DNA of 56,591 nt, filler included, from Nitrospirae bacterium CG2_30_53_67 (GTDB lineage: Bacteria; CG2-30-53-67), in the NCBI GenBank assembly GCA_001873285.1. It is 4 parts of 4 records of this genome, joined end to end, with 100 filler letters (N's around TTAATTAATTAA, not from the genome) between each part and the next. Parts side by side here need not be neighbours in the genome. Positions count along the whole stretch, not along the records: positions 40,260 to 56,591 come from MNYV01000073.1; 3 more parts are not named here. One strand, 5' to 3'. The translations under genes and the position numbers were made by a program. A model generated the notes under the pieces. It was given only the letters and a program-made list of their open reading frames with translations, was not told the DNA's origin and did not search any database. The first letter of the stretch is position 1. Every line of letters begins with the position of its first letter. Shown here one piece after another: positions 41,286 through 50,799 of this stretch.

Positions 41286-41535
41286 ACTGATATTCAAGAA
41301 ATCCGTTGCCAAGGATCTTCGTGGTATTCCGAACAAGGATGTCGTTCGGATTCTTAAATGCTTCGATTTGCTGGCTAAGGATCCGCGGGCGCCGGGCTGT
41401 GAGAAATTGTCCGGTCAGGAGAGGTATCGTGTCCGTCAAGGTGTCTACCGCATCATCTACGAAATCAGGGATGACATGCTCGTGGTCATCGTAGTAAAAG
41501 TTGGTCATCGGCGCGATGGGCATAAGAGCAGGTAG
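41272..41535 (+). CDS. RelE/ParE family toxin
   Basis: DPRAPGCEKLSG, YRVRQGVYRIIYEI, VGHRRD. Confidence 0.92.
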   Translation: MARYRLIFKKSVAKDLRGIPNKDVVRILKCFDLLAKDPRAPGCEKLSGQERYRVRQGVYRIIYEIRDDMLVVIVVKVGHRRDGHKSR

Positions 41536-41547
41536 CTTCGGCGCTTA

Positions 41548-41728
41548 GTGGTCCTGTTCGTAAATATGGTAACGTACCGACTTGTACTCGGTTTACCGGT
41601 AGAGGGTCGTAGGGCGGTCTCATCAAGGCGCGCGACTGAGGCGTACCCTCTGGTACACCGCAAGGAGCGGAACGCTAATGAGACCGCCATACGGCCTCGA
41701 ATGCCGCCGTATTTACGAATAGGGCCAC
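41548..41728 (+). mobile_element. Family C MITE with an extra 21-bp insert
   Basis: Same TIRs; CTTGTACTCGGTTTACCGGTA at 41581-41601 absent from other copies. Confidence 0.9.
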
Positions 41729-41802
41729 TCAGGAACCTTCCTGTTTGACGGCAGATAAACATTAGATATTACGGGGGTCAGAACCCTTCATCATGTCCCA
41801 TG

Positions 41803-41831
41803 TTGACATGGCAGGGGCAGTGTTGTAGAGT
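41803..41831 (+). promoter_or_regulatory. Sigma70-like promoter, probably leaderless transcript
   Basis: TTGACA-N17-TAGAGT ending 7 nt before ATG 41839. Confidence 0.55.
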
Positions 41832-41838
41832 GCATTTC

Positions 41839-42852
41839 ATGGAACAGAAGAAGGTCGGGTTTACCACCAGCATCCCAGTCGAAGTCCTCTTCGCGGCCGG
41901 CCGTATTCCGGTAGATCTGAACAACATCTTTATCGAGGATCCCGAAGCCGGCCTTCGTGTGGAGGAGGCCGAGACCCGGGGATTCCCGAGGAACACCTGT
42001 GGATGGATCAAGGGGATCTATGCGGCGGCCCGAGTCCGGCATCTGTCCGAGATCGTGGCCGTGACCCAGGGAGACTGCAGCAATACCCAGGCCCTCATGG
42101 AGGTCTTTGAGGAAGAGGGGATCCGCATATTTCCTTTTGCCTTTCCCTACGACCGGGACCACGACCTGCTCCGCCTTCAGATAGAGAAGATGGCTGAGCA
42201 TTTCGGCGCCTCATGGGGGGAAGCGCAGAAAGTCAAGGAGGCCCTGGACCGGGTTCGGGAAAAGATCAGGGTGATAGACCGTGAGACCTGGGAGGGGAAC
42301 CGGGTAACCGGTCAGGAGAACCATATCTATCAGGTCTGCTCAAGTGATTTCCGGGGTGACCCCTTGGCATACGAAAAGGATCTCGACCGCTTCCTGGCGG
42401 AAGTCCAAGAACGGCGTCCGTTTCCGGACGGGCCCCGCATCGGGTTTATCGGCGTCCCCCCCATCACGCGGGGGATCTATGACTTTATCGAAGAGGCCGG
42501 GGCCAGGGTGGTTTTCAATGAGATCCAGCGCCAGTTCGCCATGCCGTACGAGACCGAGGACCTGGTGGAGCAGTACCTCCACTACACCTATCCCTACAGC
42601 GTGTACGGCCGGATTGAAGATATCACGGCCCAGATCCGAATGCGCGGGATCCAGGGGGTGATCCATTACGTTCAGGCCTTCTGCTTCCGGCAGATCGAAG
42701 ACATCCTGTTCAGGAAAAAGCTGAATGTCCCGGTGCTGACCCTCGAGGGGGATAAGCCCGGGCCCCTCGACCAGAGGACCAGGATCCGGATCGAGGCGTT
42801 CCTGGAGATGCTTCAGACGGACCGTTCCTGCATGCCGGTTTTTGGAGGGTGA
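41839..42852 (+). CDS. 2-hydroxyacyl-CoA dehydratase / benzoyl-CoA reductase family subunit
   Basis: VGFTTSIPVE, GFPRNTCGWIKG, GDCSN, YVQAFCFR, LTLEGD, RIEAFLE. Confidence 0.85.
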   Translation: MEQKKVGFTTSIPVEVLFAAGRIPVDLNNIFIEDPEAGLRVEEAETRGFPRNTCGWIKGIYAAARVRHLSEIVAVTQGDCSNTQALMEVFEEEGIRIFPFAFPYDRDHDLLRLQIEKMAEHFGASWGEAQKVKEALDRVREKIRVIDRETWEGNRVTGQENHIYQVCSSDFRGDPLAYEKDLDRFLAEVQERRPFPDGPRIGFIGVPPITRGIYDFIEEAGARVVFNEIQRQFAMPYETEDLVEQYLHYTYPYSVYGRIEDITAQIRMRGIQGVIHYVQAFCFRQIEDILFRKKLNVPVLTLEGDKPGPLDQRTRIRIEAFLEMLQTDRSCMPVFGG

Positions 42853-43729
42853 GTTGTCGCACTTACGGATCCTTTGTGCCGCTTTAGTGTTTTTTTGCTT
42901 TTTCCCCGGTCCGGTTTCGGCGGGGAAAATCGTTCAGGGCTCAGGGACCGGTGTCATCCTCAGAGGGGATGTAGAGGGAGCCAGAAACAGGGCCCTTGAC
43001 AAGGCCTTGAGGAACGCGATCCAGGAATCGCTCTCCGGCATCCTCAATTATACCGAAGCTCCGGACCAGGACAAGGCTTACGAGAAGATCCTCTCCACGG
43101 ACCCGTTCTATTATATCGAATGGTACCGGTTCGTATTGGATGCCCGCGTCGAAAACCTCTACAAGATTGAACTGGAGGCCTCTGTCTCCGAGGATAAGGT
43201 TAAGAAAAGGCTTTCGGACATCGGGGTGATTCCTCACGCCAGTGAGTCCCTTCGACTCGGGATACTGATCACAAACAGGATAAACGTCTCATTACCTATA
43301 GGCATGTTTTCAGAGGCTGGAGAAGATTTTACCGGTTTTGCCGGCCAGCAGTTCCATGTGCGAGGTTTTCAAGTCATGGATGGCCCGCTCTCCGTGGACA
43401 ACACCCCGGAGAGTTTTGAAAAGCTGCGTGAGAATAACCAGCTCACCGCCATCCAGGGACGAAGACTGGGTGTTGATGCGGTGGTGCTCGGTCAAGTGGA
43501 GATCGGCAAAGAGACGGATCGACCGGGTACGGACCGCTCAGAGAATTATCATGTTGAAATCTGGGTCAGGGCCATCCGCTCCAGGGATGCCGCCGTTCTC
43601 GGACTCAGAGAGGGGGATTTTATTCTGGAGAAGAACGCATCCAGGGCCATGTCCCGGCAGCAGGTCTACCAGCATTTTGACTCTCTGCTTGCCTTGATCG
43701 GCAAAGATATTTATGAGAATGCGAAGTAG
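42842..43729 (+). CDS. Exported protein with FlgT N-terminal-like domain
   Basis: Signal peptide; GTGVI..GDVEGARNRALDKALRNAI pattern. Confidence 0.65.
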   Translation: MEGELSHLRILCAALVFFCFFPGPVSAGKIVQGSGTGVILRGDVEGARNRALDKALRNAIQESLSGILNYTEAPDQDKAYEKILSTDPFYYIEWYRFVLDARVENLYKIELEASVSEDKVKKRLSDIGVIPHASESLRLGILITNRINVSLPIGMFSEAGEDFTGFAGQQFHVRGFQVMDGPLSVDNTPESFEKLRENNQLTAIQGRRLGVDAVVLGQVEIGKETDRPGTDRSENYHVEIWVRAIRSRDAAVLGLREGDFILEKNASRAMSRQQVYQHFDSLLALIGKDIYENAK

Positions 43730-43770
43730 GGAAATGGGGGTCAGACACCCATTAGCATTTCTCTGAGAGC

Positions 43771-43870
43771 GTCATTCCCCGACTGGATCGGGGAACCCAG
43801 ACAAAATATAAGGAGTGGATGCTCCGGTTGGCCCTGTCCTCCGATCCCCCGATCCAGTCGGAGGGCAGGC
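43771..43870. repeat. REP-like hairpin cluster
   Basis: GTCATTCCCCGA-CTGGA-TCGGGGAA and CTGTCCTCCGA...TCGGAGGGCAG; related TCGGGGAATGAC near 40307. Confidence 0.55.
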
Positions 43871-43953
43871 ATTTTTGTCGCAGACCCAATTCACAGAAAT
43901 ATTCTTGACAATTTAAGCGGAATTCATTAATTTAAACGGTCTTGGTAGTTTGG

Positions 43954-44030
43954 GGCGGTGTAGCTCAGCCGGTCAGAGCATACGGCTCATATCCGTAGAG
44001 TCGCTGGTTCGAGTCCAGCCACCGCCACCA
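43954..44030 (+). tRNA. tRNA-Met (CAT), elongator type
   Basis: Cloverleaf GGCGGTG/CACCGCC, anticodon arm TACGG-CTCATAT-CCGTA, TTCGAG T-loop, encoded CCA; TTGACA-N17-TAATTT upstream. Confidence 0.95.
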
Positions 44031-44218
44031 ATCTTCGTTCGAAACGTAGTGAGAACGAAGATTGTCACGGCGTAGTCGTCAGACGAAGCCGGACTTCAAA
44101 TTCAGAATCAGACTCACACATCGTTTCGAACGACGCCTTGGCATTTATGATGGCGGAGTTAAAAACGAAGCTTCAATCCAATAAGTACACGCAAACAAAC
44201 ACCTTTTAATTGCATATA

Positions 44219-44360
44219 GGTAAACCCCCGGCTCTGCCGGGGGACTCCCGGAGTTTGGCCATTCCGGGAGTATGCAGTTAATCGAAATGCTTTACCCCTC
44301 ACCCTTATCCTCTCCCACAAGGGGCGAGGGAACTGCCGGCGGGCATCCCCTCCCTTGATG
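44219..44360 (+). mobile_element. Family E left part, interrupted by the IS4 element
   Basis: Near-identical to 11384-11465; stops mid-hairpin at CCCCTCCCTTGATG. Confidence 0.8.
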
Positions 44361-46277
44361 CTCATCTTTACCCATAACCGGGGTTGGATGAGACCGCAGG
44401 GGGGATATGTTGAGGTCGAAGCACAAAGGCGATGTACGCCTGGGTTATATCGTCAAGACGCTGCAGCCCGCGCCAGAGGGTTTCCGTCCCTGGCTCGCCG
44501 TCCGATTTGCGGTTGAGGAAGCCGCCCAGCGTCACGACCATGATCATCGCCTGCCGGAGCGTGGGCGGCGCAGCCGGGACCACGGGGGTCTGATTCATGA
44601 AGCCGACAAGGGCTTTCCATGTTGCATCGTCAAAGTAAACCGTGCAGGGCACGTTCGGTGTTTCACGACCGAGCCAGGTGAGATGATGAATCCGCCACGC
44701 CACCACCATATCGATCGCCAGACAGTTTTCCAGACGCCGTGCTGTTCCCAGTTGCCTGTCCTCAATGCGGCAGCCGCTCTTGAGCACGCGGTGGTATATT
44801 TCAATGCCCCAGCGCTTGGTATAATAGGCAAGGGCGGCCTTTGCCTCCTCAAAGGAGGTCGTCGCCAGGGTGGTAAGCAGCATCCATTCGAGCGGTTCGA
44901 TGCCGGCGGGCGCGTCGATCTCCTTGGCATGGACGGCATAAAGCGGCACATCGGGCAAACCGGGTTTTCGATGAGGGGTCTTGAGGGTGACCGGGGCAAA
45001 GCGAACTTCGAGCCTCGCCGTCCGCAGAGTCCGATCCGGTCGCGGCGGCGCCGCCACCTCTACCACACCGGCAGGCTTCAGGGCATCCATGAAAGGCCAC
45101 AGGCGCTGGATGTGCTCCTCATCGTCGGCGACGTTTCGATTGCGAGATCGTTCCGCCCGGATGAGCAGCTCGGCGCTTTTGCGGGTTTGGAGATGTTCGG
45201 CAAACAACTCATCGTCATCGGCCTCGCGGTCCGCCATCACGATAAGCTTCGTGTTGGGGCACCTGGCCTGGATTGCAGAGACGGCCAGGTAGCTCTTGAG
45301 CCATTTGAAGCTCTCTTTTCCTTCAATAGGCTTGCCGTGGCGCTCGTGCCGCTTGCCTGCCTCGTCTTCGTTTCGCGCCCAGCACTGCACATCGAGCAGA
45401 CCGAGCGGGGTGCCCTCCGGCGTAAACGCCATGGTATCATGCAGCAGAAGTCCTATGCTTTTATCGCCCTGCGTGTTGATGGGACCGAGGCCGAGGGTTT
45501 CGGGATGGCTCGTGTAATTGAGGCTCGTGGTGTCCTGTACGACCAGGACGACTTCTTGGGCGCGCAGGCGTTGTTCAGTCGTCTCGAAGTGGGGCGACAG
45601 GATGGCATTCATACTAACCTGATCATTGTCGAAGAACCGGTAAGCCGCTTTTGCGGCGGCATCGGTGGCGCACGCCTGGGGGATGTTGTCGGCAGGCATA
45701 GCGAAAAAAGATCCGCCCAGTTGCATCAGTCGATTCCCCAGCCTTTTATCGCCCAACGCCGCGCCGCCGAACTCTTCCTCGGTCCAGTCGGCTGGTTCCC
45801 GGTACGGTGGTTTTTGACGAGTGGAAACGGTTCCATCCGCAAGCCGGCACAAGGTCGTTTTCCAATCATCGCAGAGGGGATACAGGTAGACATCTTTGGT
45901 CGTCGTTCCTGTTCCCTGACGGCCTCGACCCGTGGTGGCGCCCGCATAGTGCCAGTTGGCGGCGCGATAGCAGACCCCCGTAAACCGGCCTCGTTCTATA
46001 AAGGTCTCAAGCAAAACGGGGCCGATACGAATACCGTTCCTGCCAGTCCTCAGCGAGCCGTTTAGAGCACTGAGAAAGAACGTGGGAGGCCAGGCCCGGC
46101 ACCTTGACCATGGGCGCAATCAGAAACCGGCTGTTGTTGACCACGAGTTGCAGGGTCTGTTTGCGGGCGTCTTCACTCCAGCCGATGAACTCGTCCCGGC
46201 AGCGCACCCGCCAGGCCGAGGCGCTGAAAGAAAGGCCTCCGAGCCAGCCGAAGCGCTCGTTCCATACCAAGAGGGTA
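44361..46277 (-). mobile_element. IS4 family (IS50/Tn5-like) element, 5'-truncated
   Basis: End CTCATCTTTACCCATA contains the transposase stop; matching other end not found. Confidence 0.8.
44368..46270 (-). pseudogene. DUF4338-fused IS4/Tn5-like DDE transposase, frameshifted and N-truncated
   Basis: QDTT, ADRE, YTKRWGIEIYHRVLK; DUF4338 motifs VVNNSRFLI/LASHVL and LLETF/YRAANW/TTGRGR split by one extra base near 46018-46021. Confidence 0.85.
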
Positions 46278-46522
46278 GGTCGGCACTACAAGCCATTTCA
46301 AGAAGGCGCACCTTTCTATATCAATGGCTTACACTCTCCTTGCCTGGAAAATTCGTCCGTTTCAGGAGCGAGTTGCGGAAGTCGGGCTAATGAATAGACA
46401 AGAAGATGCAAATTGTTAAGTCCCTATCGTCATTATTGTAAGGCGGTTGATCATTATCCGTTCCCGGAGAGGCTGCAAAAAAAATATGTTCATGGTGTTT
46501 CATGTTTATTGTGTTTCAGTTG

Positions 46523-46551
46523 TTGACAGTTTCATTGCGGGGAAATATAAT
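46523..46551 (+). promoter_or_regulatory. Perfect consensus sigma70 promoter
   Basis: TTGACA-N17-TATAAT. Confidence 0.8.
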
Positions 46552-46580
46552 TTATAGAAATGCTGCAAGAAAAGCCTTAT

Positions 46581-46889
46581 ATGAAAAAACTCAACTGCTG
46601 GGATATCAAGAAATGCGGCCGGGAACCCGGAGGTAGACATGTGCACGATCTGGGTGAATGCCCTGCGGCAACATTGGGCAAACTTGATGGGGTGCACGGC
46701 GGCAGAAATGCAGGCCGGGCCTGCTGGGTCGTCGCGGGGACCCTGTGCGGCGGAAAGATCCAGGGGACCTTCGCCAGGAAATATGACGACTGCAAGGTCT
46801 GTGACTTTTACAAAAAGGTACAGAAGGAAGAAAGGATGAATTTCGTCTTCGCTACGATCCTTCTGGGACGTCTGAACAGCCCAGAATGA
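46581..46889 (+). CDS. Two-CW domain Cys-rich small protein
   Basis: LNCWDIKKCGRE, GECPA, GRACWVVAGTLC, CKVCDFY. Confidence 0.85.
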   Translation: MKKLNCWDIKKCGREPGGRHVHDLGECPAATLGKLDGVHGGRNAGRACWVVAGTLCGGKIQGTFARKYDDCKVCDFYKKVQKEERMNFVFATILLGRLNSPE

Positions 46890-46987
46890 CCGGTTACCTA
46901 TCTACACATGGGGCATACCCACCGGGGGGTTATGTCTTTTCCCTTGAAATATGATCCAATGATCAATGGGTGACCCCTTGGCTGAGA

Positions 46988-47821
46988 TTATCTGACCTTG
47001 GTGGCGGCGCGCCAGCCCAGTTCGTAGAAGTCGGTCATGCAGGAGGGGCAGCGGGGCCATTCGATACCCAGGATCGAGTATATCTCATCCTCCAGGTAAT
47101 CCACGCTGAAGAAGCTCTCGTCCAGGGCGATCCCGCCGCTCTTTACTTTTTTCCCCTTGTACATGGAATAGACATTGAGCAGGCTTCCCGAGACCTTGGC
47201 GTTGTATTGGTTTGCCACCTTTCTGGCCTCGTCGCTCCTCTGGGCGCAGATGATCTTGATGTCGTCTGCGTCGAGCTGAACCACGACCTTTTTCACAAGG
47301 ATTTTCGGAAGGTTTACGATCCGAACACGGGATGATTTTTCCACGGCTTTGAGGATGGCCTCGGTCCCTCTTTCCGCGTCATAAAGGGTCATGATGTTCA
47401 GGACATCCATCTGGTCTTCGAGGAGGATATCCCGGTGCATGGACTGGATGCATTTCACGCATCGTCTGTAGGTGATGCCCCCGATGTTGAGGATCTCTTT
47501 ATCGTCGTACCAGATGTTGTAGATCTTATGCTTGAGAAAGATTTCACCCTTCTCTACGACCCGTCCGTAAATCGTCCCTTTCATCTTCACGGAGGTGAAG
47601 ACCTCTCTGCCGAGGTCCTGGATGTCGGCGGGGAGTCCGTCCACAAGGTTGTTGTACAAGGTCACTTTTTTCCCCTGGAGCAGGGGACGCCATTCCCGGA
47701 TCAGATTGAGAGGAATATTAACAAGCTCAATACTGCTGTTCCGTTCAATCTCTTCCCGTAAGACCTTGAGACCTTCTTCAATGCTGAAAATCTCATCAAC
47801 CTGGAACTCAAGGAGTGCCAT
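46988..47821 (-). CDS. Hypothetical protein with two tandem CxxC-ending domains
   Basis: AGGAGAG SD, ATG 47821; halves align (IELVNIP/VRIVNLP; YRRCVKCI/WPRCPSCM). Confidence 0.75.
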   Translation of the reverse strand: MALLEFQVDEIFSIEEGLKVLREEIERNSSIELVNIPLNLIREWRPLLQGKKVTLYNNLVDGLPADIQDLGREVFTSVKMKGTIYGRVVEKGEIFLKHKIYNIWYDDKEILNIGGITYRRCVKCIQSMHRDILLEDQMDVLNIMTLYDAERGTEAILKAVEKSSRVRIVNLPKILVKKVVVQLDADDIKIICAQRSDEARKVANQYNAKVSGSLLNVYSMYKGKKVKSGGIALDESFFSVDYLEDEIYSILGIEWPRCPSCMTDFYELGWRAATKVR

Positions 47822-47928
47822 GGCCCTCTCTCCTGTTAAATCCATTTAATAGGATACAACAAAGAGGGCATTCTTGACAAATCTATTTTTGATGGTCAAA
47901 TAGAAACAGGGGGGAATGATATTCGGTT

Positions 47929-48663
47929 TCAGCAGGTCTCCACACGGCTTGCGGCTTTTTCGATGATTCCGACGGCCTGAAGCCCCATCAGGATACGGCA
48001 AATCTCGAAATCGCCGATTTCAAGTTCATTACAGATCTCCCGGACCGATCGGGCCTGATGGAGCGCCTCGACCACCTTTTTTTCCTTGGGCTTCATGTAT
48101 ATCCTGTTGAGGATCTCCCCGTTTGATTCACAAAGCCTAAAGCGTGCGTCCAGGGAGCCGATCCCGGACTGGATGATTTTCCAGCTGGTGATGCGTCTCG
48201 TTCCATCCAGGATCAAATCCAGGGTTTTGGCCTTGAGCGTGATAGGCTCGCTTTTGAGAGGGTCCATGGAGATAAAGGTATAGCTCCCCCGGTCCCAGTG
48301 AAAGAGGCTCATGATGATCTCTTTGACTTGTTCTTTGACCGCCCAATTCAAATTCTGCTGTGTGATGACCCCCAGTTCCACAAGGATCTCCCCATGTCGC
48401 CGATTCGGCGTCATGAGCTCCGAGGATCGCTCGAAATCCTCGAGCGTGAGTTTCCCGTGCTGGAACAGGAAGATTCCCAGGCGGTCGTTCTCCCAGTTCG
48501 ACGTGGCAAAAACGATGTTCCCGTTGTTGAGGTAGATCGACTTTTTGATCTCGTCCTGCTCAATGGTCAGCATCCCGCTTTCCAAGCGGTCACAAAGGGA
48601 TTTCAGTATTCCGGACAGAGGGGTATTTTCAAGCCGGCCTTCCTGTTCAAAATAGATCTGCAT
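47929..48663 (-). CDS. DUF4388 (PatA-N-like) domain protein
   Basis: GRLENTPLSGIL, SGMLTI, RLGIFL, LFHWDRGSYTF; start ATG 48663. Confidence 0.85.
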   Translation of the reverse strand: MQIYFEQEGRLENTPLSGILKSLCDRLESGMLTIEQDEIKKSIYLNNGNIVFATSNWENDRLGIFLFQHGKLTLEDFERSSELMTPNRRHGEILVELGVITQQNLNWAVKEQVKEIIMSLFHWDRGSYTFISMDPLKSEPITLKAKTLDLILDGTRRITSWKIIQSGIGSLDARFRLCESNGEILNRIYMKPKEKKVVEALHQARSVREICNELEIGDFEICRILMGLQAVGIIEKAASRVETC

Positions 48664-48810
48664 AGGGTCTGCCTCGTCAGGATTCCTTGTAGTTGGATGA
48701 AAATATGATCGGACCGATATGATATCCGTCCAGCTTTTTTCTATTATATAATGGGATGGCCGCCTTTTCAAGGAGTTTAACCGGCTCTCTGCACGGACGG
48801 AACCAGGGGA

Positions 48811-49974
48811 TCATAGACTGGCGAGCTGGCCCAGGACAAATTCCCGGATTGGCCGGGGGTCTGGAAGGGTTTGGACGGCCTTCCCGCTGCTGAGCAGGGC
48901 GTTGAGAAGGTCGATATATGCTTTTCCGCAGGTACAGAGATCCTGCTTGTCTTTCAGCGGGAGGATCTTTCTGGCGCGGCAGTGGGGGCAAAAGACCACC
49001 CGTTTGGCCCCGGACCACTTGCCCCGTTTGGCCAGGGGCTTCCCTTCTATTTCCACGATGTCCATGGCAAAGTCGACGACCGGGGCGTTGCTGATGAAGG
49101 TCCCGATGCCGTAGGCATCGACCACCGGATTGAGACGGAGGATCTCCTCTTCGTTGAGACCGCCGCTGACAAAGAGCTTGAGGTCCTTAAATCCCCGAAG
49201 ATCGAGTTCCCAGCGTACCTCCTGAAGGATCTTCAGGAAATCCCCTCGCCTGGAGCCGGGCGTATCGAGTCGCACCGCATAAAGATCCTTGCCCATGGCC
49301 TCGGCCACATTGAGGGTCTCGAACTTTTCATCGTGGAAGGTATCAATCAGGGAGACCCGTTTCACGGTTTTATCGATGATCTCGTGAAAGGCCCTGGTGG
49401 CTGTAAGGGTATCCCCCATGACCAGGATAAGGGCGTGGGGCATGGTCCCCACAGGCGCGGCCCCGATGAGTTCTGCGCTCTTTCCAACGGCGACAGCGTC
49501 GCACCCGCCGATATAGGCGCTCCGCTCGATCATCGGGACAATGGCCGGGTGCATCCTTCTGGCCCCGAAGCTGATCACGGCACGGTCACCCGCGGCCTTT
49601 TTGCAGCGTGCGGCGCGGGTCGCCACACCCGATGCCTGGCAGATCAGGCCGAGGAGGGCGGTTTCGAAGAGGGTGAAGTCCGTATACTCTCCCTCCACCT
49701 CCATAACCGGTTCCAGGGGATAGAAGATAGAGCCTTCTTTCATGGACCGGATGTGAACCGGGCGCCCTTCCATGAGTGAGGCGCATTCCTCGATCCCTGC
49801 GAGGACCCCCCATTCATAACCCATGGGGAGCTCCTTGGCAATGAACTCGGCCCGCACGTGTTTGCGGATCCCCTTTTTCTTCAAGACTTCGAGGGTCCGT
49901 TCAAAGTAGACATCGGTGATCTTACCCTGGCGTATCTCTTCATCGGTGGCCGTATGAAATCTTTTTTTGTTCGT
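48811..49974 (-). CDS. pncB: Nicotinate phosphoribosyltransferase (short archaeal-like type); start codon unresolved
   Basis: FHTATDEEI..GKITDVYF upstream of ORF-track start, SFGARR, GTMPH, RLDTP, VSGG. Confidence 0.88.
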   Translation of the reverse strand, partial: TNKKRFHTATDEEIRQGKITDVYFERTLEVLKKKGIRKHVRAEFIAKELPMGYEWGVLAGIEECASLMEGRPVHIRSMKEGSIFYPLEPVMEVEGEYTDFTLFETALLGLICQASGVATRAARCKKAAGDRAVISFGARRMHPAIVPMIERSAYIGGCDAVAVGKSAELIGAAPVGTMPHALILVMGDTLTATRAFHEIIDKTVKRVSLIDTFHDEKFETLNVAEAMGKDLYAVRLDTPGSRRGDFLKILQEVRWELDLRGFKDLKLFVSGGLNEEEILRLNPVVDAYGIGTFISNAPVVDFAMDIVEIEGKPLAKRGKWSGAKRVVFCPHCRARKILPLKDKQDLCTCGKAYIDLLNALLSSGKAVQTLPDPRPIREFVLGQLASL

Positions 49975-49992
49975 GTTCCTGCCCTTTCCCGG

Positions 49993-50526
49993 TCAGACGA
50001 TCTCGGCATGGAGGACCTCCTGCATCTGCTTCAAGGCGAAGGCATGGTCCCCTGGGTCCAGTCCGGCCACGCCGTCCCGGAGAACGCTCACCTGATAACC
50101 CCGGGATCGGGCGTCCGCCACCGTATACAGAACGCAGATGTTGCTTACCACGCCGGTGACCATGAGATGGCCAACCCCCAGGGATTTGAGCGTCCGGTCC
50201 AGTCCGCTCTGGTAGAAGCCCGAGTATCGTTTCTTTTTTATGATAACCTCTCCAGGTTCCGGGGCAAGAGAGTCGATGACCTCGGCGCCTCTGGTCCCCT
50301 CCATGGCGTGAGGCGGCCAGTATTCAAATTCCTGGTCGTCAGTGTCGTGTGCATCACAGATGTAAATAACCGGAAGCCTTTGCGATCTCATTTCCTTTAG
50401 TTTTTCCTGAAGAAAAGGGATGATCCCCGCTGCCGAGGGGACCCTGAGCGGCGCCTCCGGAAGGATGAAGTCATTCAGCATATCGATCACCAGAAGGGCC
50501 TTTTTGGATCCGTGTTTTAATGCCAT
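49993..50526 (-). CDS. pncA: Nicotinamidase / isochorismatase-family cysteine hydrolase
   Basis: LLVIDMLNDF, DAH, WPPHA, KKRYSGF, SNICV; directly upstream of pncB. Confidence 0.8.
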   Translation of the reverse strand: MALKHGSKKALLVIDMLNDFILPEAPLRVPSAAGIIPFLQEKLKEMRSQRLPVIYICDAHDTDDQEFEYWPPHAMEGTRGAEVIDSLAPEPGEVIIKKKRYSGFYQSGLDRTLKSLGVGHLMVTGVVSNICVLYTVADARSRGYQVSVLRDGVAGLDPGDHAFALKQMQEVLHAEIV

Positions 50527-50654
50527 ACAGATCACCCCTTCAGTACGGACATACAGCCTGTGGATGTTCAATAGTATAGCACATTCCCTGGAAAATGCAC
50601 TTTGCAGGGGAAAGGCTCAATTCATGCCAGTTTTAAAAGAAGGTTTAGATTTTC

Positions 50655-50792
50655 AGTTCATCTCCAAAAGAGTGGGTGAAAACATCAGGGGTCAAGGATT
50701 ACGCTTCGCGTGCACCGCTTTTCTCCATCTTTGCCGTCTGCGACGGCTACTACACTGTGGTATCTTGGGGTCCAGGGGTCAAGTGAAGTGCT
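50655..50792. mobile_element. Family A half element with nested ~70-bp insert
   Basis: GTTCATCTCCAAAAGAGTGGGTGAAAACATCAGGGGTCAAG... reverse complement of 7976-8050. Confidence 0.85.
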
Positions 50793-50799
50793 CGCCACT

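Noticed and set aside
44407..46065. Long antisense ORFs (also 6379-7497, 15467-16801, 28439-29836, 34960-36309)
   Set aside because: Shadows of GC-rich genes on the opposite strand; no recognisable motifs
45880..46277. Druantia anti-phage system
   Set aside because: Only a DUF4338 fragment fused to a transposase; no DruE helicase or other dru genes
46278..46390. Possible end of another IS (GGTCGGCACTACA...GTTGCGGAAGTCGGG, IS1634-like from memory) truncating the IS4 element
   Set aside because: Single end, no transposase or partner repeat; cannot be supported without a search
44031..46400. tRNA-Met-anchored genomic island
   Set aside because: No integrase and no duplicated tRNA 3' end seen
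49960..49995. Selenocysteine insertion at the pncA TGA
   Set aside because: No convincing SECIS stem-loop downstream and the position is not a catalytic Cys site
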